From a virus (taxonomy: Duplodnaviria > Caudoviricetes), in IMG/VR virus record IMGVR_UViG_3300027672_001250, positions 1 to 53,250 of that record: a stretch of DNA of 53,250 nucleotides. One strand, 5' to 3'. Below the pieces are notes generated by a model. It was not told the origin of the DNA. It was given only the letters and a program-made list of their open reading frames with translations, and made no database searches. Positions 36,461 through 45,683 of the stretch are shown here, in pieces; positions within the stretch are counted from its first letter, which is position 1, and each line of letters opens with the position of its first letter. The position numbers and the translations under genes were made by a program.

Positions 36461-38146
36461 ATGCACATAAATTACTTGACATCATTACTTTGTACATTAT
36501 TTTTAATAGGATGTGGAGGCGGAGGCGGCTCTTCAGCTGAACCCACACCTCCCCCAGCATCTCCACCACCACCAACAACTGCACCACCAGCAGTAACAAA
36601 GCCAGCGTTTGATGTAGAATATAACAGTAGCCCAGACGCAACTATTGTTAATGCAGTAAGTCAGTTGGAAATACCTAATTGTACATTATCTAGAATACAG
36701 CATACAATGATTGCAGACCTAAATAATGACAATCATAAAGACATTTTAATGTTTGTGCTATGTGGAGATATTAATCACCCTAATCAAGGCACTGCGATAG
36801 CACACGACGATGATACACCTAATACAATGCTGGCATTGATTGCGGATGGATACGGGTCGTTTGAAGTAAATAACATAGACACATTTGGTACAAACTATGT
36901 ACAAATTGGTGGCGAGAAAGGTGGCGTTGCAGGCTTCTTTACATTGTTAGAAGATACTAACAGTGGTATTGGATTGCCGCACATTACTTATATGATTTCA
37001 AGAGATGACCATCGTCGTAAGCGTAGTGATGATTGGTCTAACCATTTCTCTCAGCAAGGTGTTTTTACAGCAGACTATAACAACACATACAACTTAGTAG
37101 ACTTAGGCGAATCATTATGGGCACAAGGTGTTGCGGCACTGCCTAACATGAACTATGAGTGGGACCTGTTATTTGGATATTGGGATAATGATTACACAAC
37201 TGAAAACCCACCACTAGCCTATCGTAACAGTGGACAAGTTTGGGTTGATGTAAGTGACGAATATAACAATGATGCTGATAAAAAGAAGATGTCGCAACAT
37301 GCTTATCTTCTAACTTTTGATGTTAATGATCACAGACCTTTTGGCGAAGTTAAATCAGTAACATCCACCCATGCTATTGGTGCAGTTGGGCAAGGATTTT
37401 CAATATACGATATTGTACAAGGCCAAGTAACTGAGACACTAGTTTATGATACTTGTGATGAGTTAGGCTGTATTGAATGGGGCGATCCTAATGTAGATCA
37501 ATGGTGTGGTCGTAAAGAGATTGTAGAAATTGATGGCGTACATTACTTCGGTGGACTTGCATGGGACCACTTTGAACTATGGTGGCCCACTCCAGACAGT
37601 GAAGTAATGCTACTTGGATTTGCGGCTATTGAGCGTTTACCAGATGGTGTTCAGTATGATGAGAACAAAGAGTACGATTGCGATACACAATTTGAAGGCG
37701 GAACTGTTAGAGTATTATTTTCATTAGAAGGTGATAGACTTGTAATGCAGGATAACCCATTTCCTGAAAAGTATATCAATGGTGCTGGCGTACACAAACA
37801 AACTTTAGATCTAAACGGCGACGGCTATATGGATTATTGGTCATCGGGTGGTTGGGCACAAGAAGGTGAACCTCAAATTTATATCAATGACAAAGAAGGT
37901 AATTTAGTATATCATCAAAGAGGACAATTGCCATACCTACCACAGCAAGATTTTTGTAACAGTGTTGGTTGTATTACTGCTACAGAAGAAAGTTTTTTAG
38001 GTGATCTAAATGGCGATGGTATTACTGATCTTATACAATATCACGCAGGCGGACATGTGCCTAACTTACCAGAACATGTACAAGGTGGGGACTTAACACC
38101 ATTTGAAAACGAGTCAGGACAAATAAGTATTTGGTATGGAAAGTAA
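36461..38146 (+). CDS. Lipoprotein with FG-GAP/VCBS-type Ca-binding repeats
   Basis: Lipobox LIGC-GGGGGS, Pro-rich linker, ADLNNDNHKDIL, DLNGDGYMDYW, GDLNGDGITDLI. Confidence 0.85.
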   Translation: MHINYLTSLLCTLFLIGCGGGGGSSAEPTPPPASPPPPTTAPPAVTKPAFDVEYNSSPDATIVNAVSQLEIPNCTLSRIQHTMIADLNNDNHKDILMFVLCGDINHPNQGTAIAHDDDTPNTMLALIADGYGSFEVNNIDTFGTNYVQIGGEKGGVAGFFTLLEDTNSGIGLPHITYMISRDDHRRKRSDDWSNHFSQQGVFTADYNNTYNLVDLGESLWAQGVAALPNMNYEWDLLFGYWDNDYTTENPPLAYRNSGQVWVDVSDEYNNDADKKKMSQHAYLLTFDVNDHRPFGEVKSVTSTHAIGAVGQGFSIYDIVQGQVTETLVYDTCDELGCIEWGDPNVDQWCGRKEIVEIDGVHYFGGLAWDHFELWWPTPDSEVMLLGFAAIERLPDGVQYDENKEYDCDTQFEGGTVRVLFSLEGDRLVMQDNPFPEKYINGAGVHKQTLDLNGDGYMDYWSSGGWAQEGEPQIYINDKEGNLVYHQRGQLPYLPQQDFCNSVGCITATEESFLGDLNGDGITDLIQYHAGGHVPNLPEHVQGGDLTPFENESGQISIWYGK

Positions 38147-38147
38147 T

Positions 38148-38393
38148 ATGCAAAAGCGAGAAGAAATGTTAGTGATCACAATGGAAGAATGTGGAGAGCT
38201 AATACAAGCATGTAGTAAAATGCTACGATTCGGTGAAGACCAAGACTACACTCAACTGCAAGAAGAGATAGGCGATGTTATGTGTATGATCGAAATTTTA
38301 CGTGATGGTGGCCTTGTAAATGATAAACAAATAGCAGATAGAATAAAAGTTAAAAAAGAAAAACTAATGAAGTGGAGTTTGCTTTACAAATGA
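38148..38393 (+). CDS. MazG-like NTP pyrophosphohydrolase
   Basis: EECGELIQA...LQEEIGDV. Confidence 0.85.
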   Translation: MQKREEMLVITMEECGELIQACSKMLRFGEDQDYTQLQEEIGDVMCMIEILRDGGLVNDKQIADRIKVKKEKLMKWSLLYK

Positions 38394-38959
38394 AAATAAA
38401 TTTTGATGTAGATATTGATATGGCTAACCGAGAAGACTTTCTCAGATTAGTCAAGCATACCACTGCAAGTATTGAAAAGGATAGTAAGTTTACTAAACAC
38501 AATACTGGCGTCTACTTTCAAAATATTCCTAAGTTTCCATTAGAAGGTTACAGCACAATAGATCATAAACAAGCAGAACAAGAAGGTTGGTTTAAAGTTG
38601 ACTTTCTTAACAACAGTGTGTATTCTGATATCGAAGACGAGGCGCATCTTAATAAACTACTTGCAATAACACCAATGTGGGAGTTGCTACAACACAGCGA
38701 AGTAGTATCGAAATTGTATCATGTAAGCAACTATCTAAATGTGTTGCAAGACTACAAGCCTACGAGCATTGAGCAACTAGCAATGATACTTGCTATTATT
38801 AGACCTGGTAAGAAACATCTATTAGGTAAGAGTTTTGATGAGATAGAAAAGACTGTTTGGATTAAACCCGAATCAGGTGAATACTATTTTAAGAAGGCTC
38901 ATGCTATTGCATTTTCTACAGCAATTGTAGTGCAATTAAATAGGCTTTGCGAAATCTAG
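38390..38959 (+). CDS. Miniature DNA polymerase III alpha (DnaE)-like catalytic core, 189 aa
   Basis: Collinear DnaE motifs DVDID, KHNTGVY, GWFKVDFL, LAIIRPG, YYFKKAHAIAF. Confidence 0.8.
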   Translation: MKINFDVDIDMANREDFLRLVKHTTASIEKDSKFTKHNTGVYFQNIPKFPLEGYSTIDHKQAEQEGWFKVDFLNNSVYSDIEDEAHLNKLLAITPMWELLQHSEVVSKLYHVSNYLNVLQDYKPTSIEQLAMILAIIRPGKKHLLGKSFDEIEKTVWIKPESGEYYFKKAHAIAFSTAIVVQLNRLCEI

Positions 38960-39327
38960 TCTAAACGTTTTATGTTTTGCAACTGAATCCCTCTACGTTT
39001 AATACGTTTCTTTAACATATTTTGTAAAGTAGTCATTGGTCCAAACATGTGGTCTACATCTTTCATAACCATTGTGGTTAGATACTTTTGAAAAGGTTTC
39101 ATCTCATGATGTAGGAATACATCAATTGGTAATATCCTATTTGACTCCCACCACCATGTTTCTCCCAAAGTAATAAACAATGCTCTAACGGCTTTGTCTG
39201 GCATCTTTGATAAATCATACATGGTTAAAATTGTATTATCGTAATTAACAACTATCCCATAGTACTCTGACTTTGCGTATGTTAATCCGGTAATGAATGG
39301 AAATTGCTCTTGGTTGATTTCTTGCAT
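38956..39327 (-). CDS. Hypothetical protein
   Basis: 123 aa; GGTAAATA (39333-39340, minus strand) lies 5 nt before the ATG. Confidence 0.8.
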   Translation of the reverse strand: MQEINQEQFPFITGLTYAKSEYYGIVVNYDNTILTMYDLSKMPDKAVRALFITLGETWWWESNRILPIDVFLHHEMKPFQKYLTTMVMKDVDHMFGPMTTLQNMLKKRIKRRGIQLQNIKRLD

Positions 39328-39332
39328 AACGA

Positions 39333-39357
39333 TATTTACCTAACAGATAGATAAATA
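39333..39357. promoter_or_regulatory. Back-to-back late-type promoters
   Basis: TATTTACC (39333-39340) and GATAAATA (39350-39357), 9 nt apart. Confidence 0.7.
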
Positions 39358-39381
39358 CTGTAACAGAAAGGTATATATTTT

Positions 39382-40170
39382 ATGAATCCTGCCAATAACA
39401 GATTATTTTTATACGAAGACTCAATAGATCTCGTAATTACCGCCGACAACTTATATGTGGACAACAAACCAATGAACAATAAATCAATAATAGCACACAA
39501 AGGTTTAACTAATACAATTAACTTTAATATTAGGAACCGTGATAGACAATTACAGCCTGTATTCACAGATGAAGTTGTTGCATACATAGTAAACCCTGCA
39601 ACTCGTAAAAGATTACTTTCTAAAAGATTAGAAGTAACTAGCGATGCAGGAATGGTTAAACTACATCTAGCATCAGGTGACTTGCAAGATATCGATGCAG
39701 GCTTATACAGACTATATGTAACTAGAACCAATGCAGAAGGTACAGACCTTCCGGTGTATTCAAATCAAAATAATGATGTTGCCTTGGATATTCAAATATC
39801 AGAACAAGCAGTTTTAGATCCTGTACCTACACAATTTAATGTAACAATGACAGAGCCAACTAATAATGTATTTGTTTCAAGTGCGTTCTTTGGTAACTTG
39901 GATAGCAACTTTAAAAATGCTCAACATACGGTTGCAATATATCACACAACATACACCGGCAATATTAAAATACAAGCAAGTTGTATGCAAACAACGCCAC
40001 AAGGCGACGATAGACATGCTGACTGGTTTGATGTAGTTAGTAATGTTGCTATTGCAGGGACATCAGATATATTATATAAAACTTTTGCAGTAAACTGTAA
40101 TTGGGTAAGAGTAATAAGTTATCCATCAGACGATGACAGCACTATTTCCAATATTCACGTAAGAAACTAA
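39382..40170 (+). CDS. Late beta-rich structural protein, putative
   Basis: 262 aa, late promoter, beta-strand-rich composition. Confidence 0.7.
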   Translation: MNPANNRLFLYEDSIDLVITADNLYVDNKPMNNKSIIAHKGLTNTINFNIRNRDRQLQPVFTDEVVAYIVNPATRKRLLSKRLEVTSDAGMVKLHLASGDLQDIDAGLYRLYVTRTNAEGTDLPVYSNQNNDVALDIQISEQAVLDPVPTQFNVTMTEPTNNVFVSSAFFGNLDSNFKNAQHTVAIYHTTYTGNIKIQASCMQTTPQGDDRHADWFDVVSNVAIAGTSDILYKTFAVNCNWVRVISYPSDDDSTISNIHVRN

Positions 40171-40177
40171 AAAACAT

Positions 40178-40206
40178 TTGACTTTCTAATGTAACTCTGC
40201 TATAAT
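40178..40206 (+). promoter_or_regulatory. Sigma70 promoter for primase-helicase
   Basis: TTGACT-17nt-TATAAT, 6 nt before ATG 40213; no SD. Confidence 0.8.
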
Positions 40207-40212
40207 ATGCCT

Positions 40213-41190
40213 ATGAGTGTGGATTCAGTAGTAGAACAAGTACATAGATTATTAGTAGATAATCTCCCGGTGCGTAGTAGCAGTACTCCAAGCGGCTGGA
40301 AAACGTTTGATTGTCCTGTGTGCAGTGACAACCGCAAACGTGCAGGTGTTATAGCAAACGGTGCAAAGATTAGTTTCCATTGTTTTAACTGTGGGCATAA
40401 GACAGGATGGTCACCTAACCCGTACATGGGTAAGAAGTATAAAGACTTAGCAATGAAGTTAGGTGCAACAACTGCTGATGTGCATGCGGTGCAAGTAGAG
40501 ATGCTAAAGTTAGGTGACGAGTTAAATGTAGCAGAAGGCGATGAGTATGTGTACAGTTTTAGTAAGTTTGATTCTGTTCCACTCCCAGATGATGTGCAAA
40601 CATTAGAAAGTTTAGCAGATGGGCATGAGTTAAAAGAGTATGCAAGACAACGCGGCGTACTAGGTGTTTATCCATTATTACATTTTTCTGATATGGCAAA
40701 TAAGAAACGTGTTATCATACCATTTATGTATAACAACGAACTAGTAGGATGGACTGGAAGACATATAAATCCACCCACAAAAGAAACACCTAAGTTCTTA
40801 AATAATATAAAACCAGGCTATGTGTTTAACGTAGATGCATTTGCAGGCACAGAAAGAGAAATAGTTATTGTAACAGAAGGTATATTTGATGCAATATTAG
40901 TAGACGGTGTTGCTGTACAAGGAAATGCAGTAAGCCCGGAGCAAGCACAATTGATAGACAAGTTAGGAAAACGTGTTATACTATGTCCAGACAGAGATAC
41001 AGCAGGCAAAGATTTAATCGAGCAAGCAATAACACTCGGTTGGGAAGTAAGTTTTCCACCGTGGGATAAAGATGTAAAAGATGCAGCTGATGCTGTATCC
41101 AAATATGGTAGACTTTTAACAGTTGCAAGTATAATTAAACATGCTACCAAAAATAAAATGAAATCACAAGTTAAGATGAGGATGTTATGA
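40213..41190 (+). CDS. DNA primase (T4 gp61-like)
   Basis: Zn finger CPVC...FHCFNCG, RVIIPF, GWTGR, TOPRIM VTEGIFDA, PDRDTAG, KDAADA. Confidence 0.93.
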   Translation: MSVDSVVEQVHRLLVDNLPVRSSSTPSGWKTFDCPVCSDNRKRAGVIANGAKISFHCFNCGHKTGWSPNPYMGKKYKDLAMKLGATTADVHAVQVEMLKLGDELNVAEGDEYVYSFSKFDSVPLPDDVQTLESLADGHELKEYARQRGVLGVYPLLHFSDMANKKRVIIPFMYNNELVGWTGRHINPPTKETPKFLNNIKPGYVFNVDAFAGTEREIVIVTEGIFDAILVDGVAVQGNAVSPEQAQLIDKLGKRVILCPDRDTAGKDLIEQAITLGWEVSFPPWDKDVKDAADAVSKYGRLLTVASIIKHATKNKMKSQVKMRML

Positions 41191-42572
41191 GTACAAGTAT
41201 TAAAGAATATAACCAAGACATTGAGAGAATGTTTATTCAGTTCCTTATGAGCGACCATGATTTGTTTGCTAGATGTCAAGCTATTATAGCACCAGCATAT
41301 TTTAGTAGAAAATTTAGAGGCACAATTGAGTTAATGCTTCAGCACAGTAACGAGTACAACAGTGTGCCTACATTAGATCAACTAAACGCTGTAGGTGGAC
41401 AAGGCATTACACTTATAGATAACGTTACTCCGGATCACCAGAACTGGTTTATGGATGAGTTTGAAACTTTTTGTAGACACAAAGCACTTGAAATAGCAAT
41501 TATTGAAAGCACAGACTTACTTGAAAACAAAGATTACGGTGCAGTAGAAAATAAAATTAAAGAGGCTGTGCAGATAGGGTTAGTAAAAGACTTAGGTCTT
41601 GAATATTTTGAAAATCCTAAAGAAAGATTGGAATGGATCAAAGCACAGAGTGGTGCAACAAGCACAGGATGGAAAGGCATTGATCAAAAGCTATACGGTG
41701 GCATGAATAGAGGTGAGATTAATATCTTTGCCGCACCAAGTGGCGGTGGTAAAAGTTTGTTCTTGCAGAATCTAGCAATTAATTGGGCATTAGCAGGACT
41801 TAATGTTGTATACATTAGTTTAGAACTTAGTGAGCAACTTATTAGTATGCGTTTAGATGCAATGGTTACTGGATATAGCACTAGAGAAATAATGAAGAAC
41901 ATTGATGATGTTGATCTTCGTGTACAAATGAAGGCAAAGAGTGCTGGTAAGTTCCGTGTTAAGCAAATGCCAAGTGGTATTAACGCAAATGACATTAGAG
42001 CATTCTTACGTGAATACGAAATACAGTGTGGCGAGAAAGTAGATGCATTGTTAGTAGATTATTTAGACTTAATGATGCCTATCAGTGCTAAGATATCAGC
42101 AGAAAATATGTTTGTTAAAGACAAGTACATATCAGAGGAGTTGCGTAACTTAGCAATGGAACGCGATATACTACATGCAACAGCATCGCAGTTAGGTAGA
42201 AGTGCAGTAGAAGAAGTAGAATATGATCATAGTCATATTGCAGGTGGTATTAGTAAGATCAACACAGCAGATAATGTAATTGGTATCTTTACAAGTAACG
42301 CAATGCGTGAAAGAGGTAGGTATCAGGTACAGTTTATGAAAACACGTTCTAGTGCAGGAGTTGGTAGCAAAGTAGATCTCAAATTTAGCACAGATACTTT
42401 AAGAATTGAAGACTTAGAGGATGGTGATGAAGATGCAATGACAGTTACTACAAGTAGTTTAGTTGATCAACTAAAAAGAAACAATAGTATTAAAGCAGAT
42501 GATAGTGGAAATAAGGACACTATCAAACAAGCAATGAATATGCGAGAGTTTTTATCCAAGAACGACGACTAA
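41187..42572 (+). CDS. Replicative DnaB-like helicase (T4 gp41-like)
   Basis: STGW..ID..LYGG, APSGGGKS, YISLEL, VDYL, TASQLGR, KTR. Confidence 0.95.
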   Translation: MSTSIKEYNQDIERMFIQFLMSDHDLFARCQAIIAPAYFSRKFRGTIELMLQHSNEYNSVPTLDQLNAVGGQGITLIDNVTPDHQNWFMDEFETFCRHKALEIAIIESTDLLENKDYGAVENKIKEAVQIGLVKDLGLEYFENPKERLEWIKAQSGATSTGWKGIDQKLYGGMNRGEINIFAAPSGGGKSLFLQNLAINWALAGLNVVYISLELSEQLISMRLDAMVTGYSTREIMKNIDDVDLRVQMKAKSAGKFRVKQMPSGINANDIRAFLREYEIQCGEKVDALLVDYLDLMMPISAKISAENMFVKDKYISEELRNLAMERDILHATASQLGRSAVEEVEYDHSHIAGGISKINTADNVIGIFTSNAMRERGRYQVQFMKTRSSAGVGSKVDLKFSTDTLRIEDLEDGDEDAMTVTTSSLVDQLKRNNSIKADDSGNKDTIKQAMNMREFLSKNDD

Positions 42573-42613
42573 GAAATGATAAATACTGTTAAGCCTAGTT
42601 ACAGGAGAGTAAT

Positions 42614-42886
42614 GTGCGGAAAACTCGTAGCATAATTGAAGAACTAAATCTAATCTCTGTCGATAGAGACAGAAATCATGCGGTTGAAAGCCGTGGCGAA
42701 CACCTTATTGAAAGTGTAATATATTTAATTGAAAAAATTGAAGCAAATTACAATGAGGCCCAAGCCAAAGATTTAACTAATCGTATAGTCAATAGCATTC
42801 GTGCTAAAGATTCTTCCAAATTCTCCCGAGGCATAAAAAAAGTAATTAAAGAGAGCCAACGGGAAGAAAAGAATGATATTACGTGA
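42614..42886 (+). CDS. Small late protein
   Basis: GATAAATA at 42578-42585, AGGAG RBS, GTG start. Confidence 0.8.
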   Translation: MRKTRSIIEELNLISVDRDRNHAVESRGEHLIESVIYLIEKIEANYNEAQAKDLTNRIVNSIRAKDSSKFSRGIKKVIKESQREEKNDIT

Positions 42887-45683
42887 TTCACTTAACACTA
42901 AATTAAACCTATACGAAAGCAAAAGCCACCAGATATTATCTGAAAGTGTGTGGCGTCAACTTGACGAAGATACTAAATCCTACGTTAATAGATGGGAAAA
43001 AGAACTTTGGCCTTTACTAGAAGAATATCAGAGTTTATCAGAAGCTGAACTCACAGCAGATCAGATTACAGCAATCTTTGGCAATGCAGAAAAAATTGCA
43101 GTAGATTCAGGCAAGTACAAAACAAAATTAGGCCAAGCAGGACTTGCTGCACAAGATGCAGGTAAAGCAGTTGTCGGTGGTGTTAAGATAGCCGCTGATG
43201 TAATGAAAAAAATTAACAATAAAGTTAATGAATTAGGTAAAGTAATACAAGACACTGCACCAGTTCAAGGTTTAGACCAAGCATTTGAAAAAGCAAAACT
43301 AGATTTAAATACTAAACTAGGCGGCAAAGATTCTAAAGTTAACAAAGCTATTGCTAAAATGGCAGAAGCAGCTAAAGATAACCCAGGTAAAACAAAATTC
43401 TTAATAGCACTACTAACAACAGCAGCAGCATTTGGTGCCGGCCCAGCAGGCGGTGCCGCAGCAGGTTTTGTTTTAAGGTTAGGTAATGATTTACTAGCAG
43501 GTGATAAACTTTCAACAGCAGTAGGCAAAGGTGCTAAGACAGCAGTTGCTGGTTTCTTAGCAGGTAAGGCATTTGAATTCCTAGGCGGAGAACTAAAAGA
43601 TATGTTCTCTAGTGGTGTCGAATCAGATTTGGCGGCTGCTACTCAATCATTACAAGATGCAACAGTAGATGAGTTCTCACAAGAAGCTATAGCACAAGGC
43701 GGCCCAGCAAAAGAATTATGGAATCAAACATTCCCAGATGGTTCTGCAGAAATATCTGTATCGACTACAGGTACTACAGGAAATTATTTTAGTGGCAATG
43801 TTATACTGACCACAGATCAGTATGAACAATACAGTGTATTAAAAGATGCAGCATCGCAGTTTGATACATTTAGCGATGAAGCAGTACAGCAAACAGCAAA
43901 AGCATATAACTGGCTTGAACAAATTAAAGCAACTACTGATCAAGCAATGCTAATGCAAATCAAAACCGCAGGTGTAGAAGCATCTAATGCTATCATCGAC
44001 GCAGGTCAAGCAGCGTTAGTAGATCCATCGCTACAAGCAGAAATAGCATCCTTAACAGGTGACGCCGCACAAGATGTTGCCAAGATGGCAAATATTGCTG
44101 ACATAGCAGCAGCATTAGGTCAAGGTGCCGCAACAGCCGCAACAATACCTGGAAAGAAAGCAGAGCCAGAAGCAGAAGAGAAACCTAAAGCAGAAAGTAT
44201 TGATTACGATTTACTTTACACTAAACACTTAGCTGGCATACCACTAAATGAAGCAGAACAACAACTAGTAAATGAAATTGGAATAGCAGACATTAAACGT
44301 GGAGCCGCTAAAGCAGCCGATGCTATCAAAGGAACCGCTAAGAAAGCAGGCGGTGCATTAGTAGGTAAAGCAAAAGAAACAGGTAAAGAGTTAGGTAACA
44401 GCATTACTGTTAAAAAACTTACAGCATTATGGAACAAGGCCAAGAAGCCAACTGATTCTCAATCAATTGCAAACATATTAGCACAAGGTGGCATGGAACC
44501 AGAGGATATTGCAACAGCAGGTCCTGAGTTACCGGCACCAACTGCACCTACAGCAAAACCAGAACCAGAAGAACAACCACAAGCAGGTGGCGAACAACCA
44601 CAAGCAGGGCAAGAACAGCCACAAGCAGATGCTAATCAAGACGGCAAAGATGACGCTACAGGCGCACCAATTACTCCTCAGGGTACAAATACCCCAGCTA
44701 CTCCACAAACAGACGCACAGGGCACTACAAGCGGTGCTGCAGGTGGTTCTACAGGTGGACAGGGTGCTATACAACAAGGTGTTCAACAAGCTAAAGGCGG
44801 AGAAGCGCCAGCACCAGCAGACGGAGAAACACCATCAGTTGGAAAGAGCAGTAACGATTTAGTAGCCGGAAAGACAACAGCCACAGTTAATAAAATTAAG
44901 TTCACGTGGGATGGTGCAGGTTGGAAAGACGAAGCAGGTAGACCAGCAACTGGTGCAATGCAACAAGCGTTATTCAAACAGCACGGACTAAACGGCGACG
45001 GCACACCTTTAAAGAAAGGCATTATAGGTAGAGCAAAAGATTATATACAAGGTAAGACACCGGGTCTTGCACAGGCCACACGCTCAGATCCTAACGCAAG
45101 TTTAGGAAAGAAAGCAGCAGGCATGGCTGGAGCAGCAATTGGTGGAATATTTGGTAAGTCAGGTGGTGGGAAACCAGCAGAACCAGGAACACCAGAACAA
45201 CCAGTAACACCAGGGACACCAGGAACACCAGCAGAACCAGTAACACCAGCACAGCCACAAGCAGGTGAACAACCAGCACAACTTAAACCAGTACCAGGTC
45301 CTACTACAGCAGAACTAAAAGCATTACAATCTAAGACACTACAAGGTGACTTAGCATCTGCAAAAGCATTGGTTGCTAAATTAAGTGAACTAAAAACTAA
45401 AGGATATGATGCAGATAACTTTATCCAATCAGCCGCACCTGCAATGAAACGAGGTGGCCTAGCAAAAACAGATCCACAAGCATACGCAAACTTTGTTAAG
45501 ATGGCAAGAAGTATGAGAGCAGAAGCATACGAACACATGTGTTCTATACTAGAACATGCAGGACTTACTTGGGCAGACATAGGATATGAAGTATTAATAT
45601 CAGAAAGTGTAACATCACATGTTATGCTAATACCAACTGACGTTGTTCAAATGTCAGAAATGAAAAAGTTAGCAGGTATATAA
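42873..45683 (+). CDS. Large Ala/Gly/Pro-rich late protein, probable head-internal or ejected protein
   Basis: 936 aa; LYES/LSES N-terminal sites; Gly/Ala hydrophobic hairpin (LIALLTTAAAFGAGPAGGAAAGFVL); P/Q/G/T low-complexity linkers. Confidence 0.75.
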   Translation: MILRDSLNTKLNLYESKSHQILSESVWRQLDEDTKSYVNRWEKELWPLLEEYQSLSEAELTADQITAIFGNAEKIAVDSGKYKTKLGQAGLAAQDAGKAVVGGVKIAADVMKKINNKVNELGKVIQDTAPVQGLDQAFEKAKLDLNTKLGGKDSKVNKAIAKMAEAAKDNPGKTKFLIALLTTAAAFGAGPAGGAAAGFVLRLGNDLLAGDKLSTAVGKGAKTAVAGFLAGKAFEFLGGELKDMFSSGVESDLAAATQSLQDATVDEFSQEAIAQGGPAKELWNQTFPDGSAEISVSTTGTTGNYFSGNVILTTDQYEQYSVLKDAASQFDTFSDEAVQQTAKAYNWLEQIKATTDQAMLMQIKTAGVEASNAIIDAGQAALVDPSLQAEIASLTGDAAQDVAKMANIADIAAALGQGAATAATIPGKKAEPEAEEKPKAESIDYDLLYTKHLAGIPLNEAEQQLVNEIGIADIKRGAAKAADAIKGTAKKAGGALVGKAKETGKELGNSITVKKLTALWNKAKKPTDSQSIANILAQGGMEPEDIATAGPELPAPTAPTAKPEPEEQPQAGGEQPQAGQEQPQADANQDGKDDATGAPITPQGTNTPATPQTDAQGTTSGAAGGSTGGQGAIQQGVQQAKGGEAPAPADGETPSVGKSSNDLVAGKTTATVNKIKFTWDGAGWKDEAGRPATGAMQQALFKQHGLNGDGTPLKKGIIGRAKDYIQGKTPGLAQATRSDPNASLGKKAAGMAGAAIGGIFGKSGGGKPAEPGTPEQPVTPGTPGTPAEPVTPAQPQAGEQPAQLKPVPGPTTAELKALQSKTLQGDLASAKALVAKLSELKTKGYDADNFIQSAAPAMKRGGLAKTDPQAYANFVKMARSMRAEAYEHMCSILEHAGLTWADIGYEVLISESVTSHVMLIPTDVVQMSEMKKLAGI

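Noticed and set aside
42834-42850. A-run as a frameshift joining the 42614 and 42873 ORFs
   Set aside because: The -1 frame hits TAA within a few codons, there is no downstream hairpin, and the next ORF is in the +1 frame with its own ATG.
44520-45310. P/G/T/Q repeats in the 936-aa protein as a DNA repeat element
   Set aside because: Imperfect in-frame low-complexity linker coding, not a separate element.
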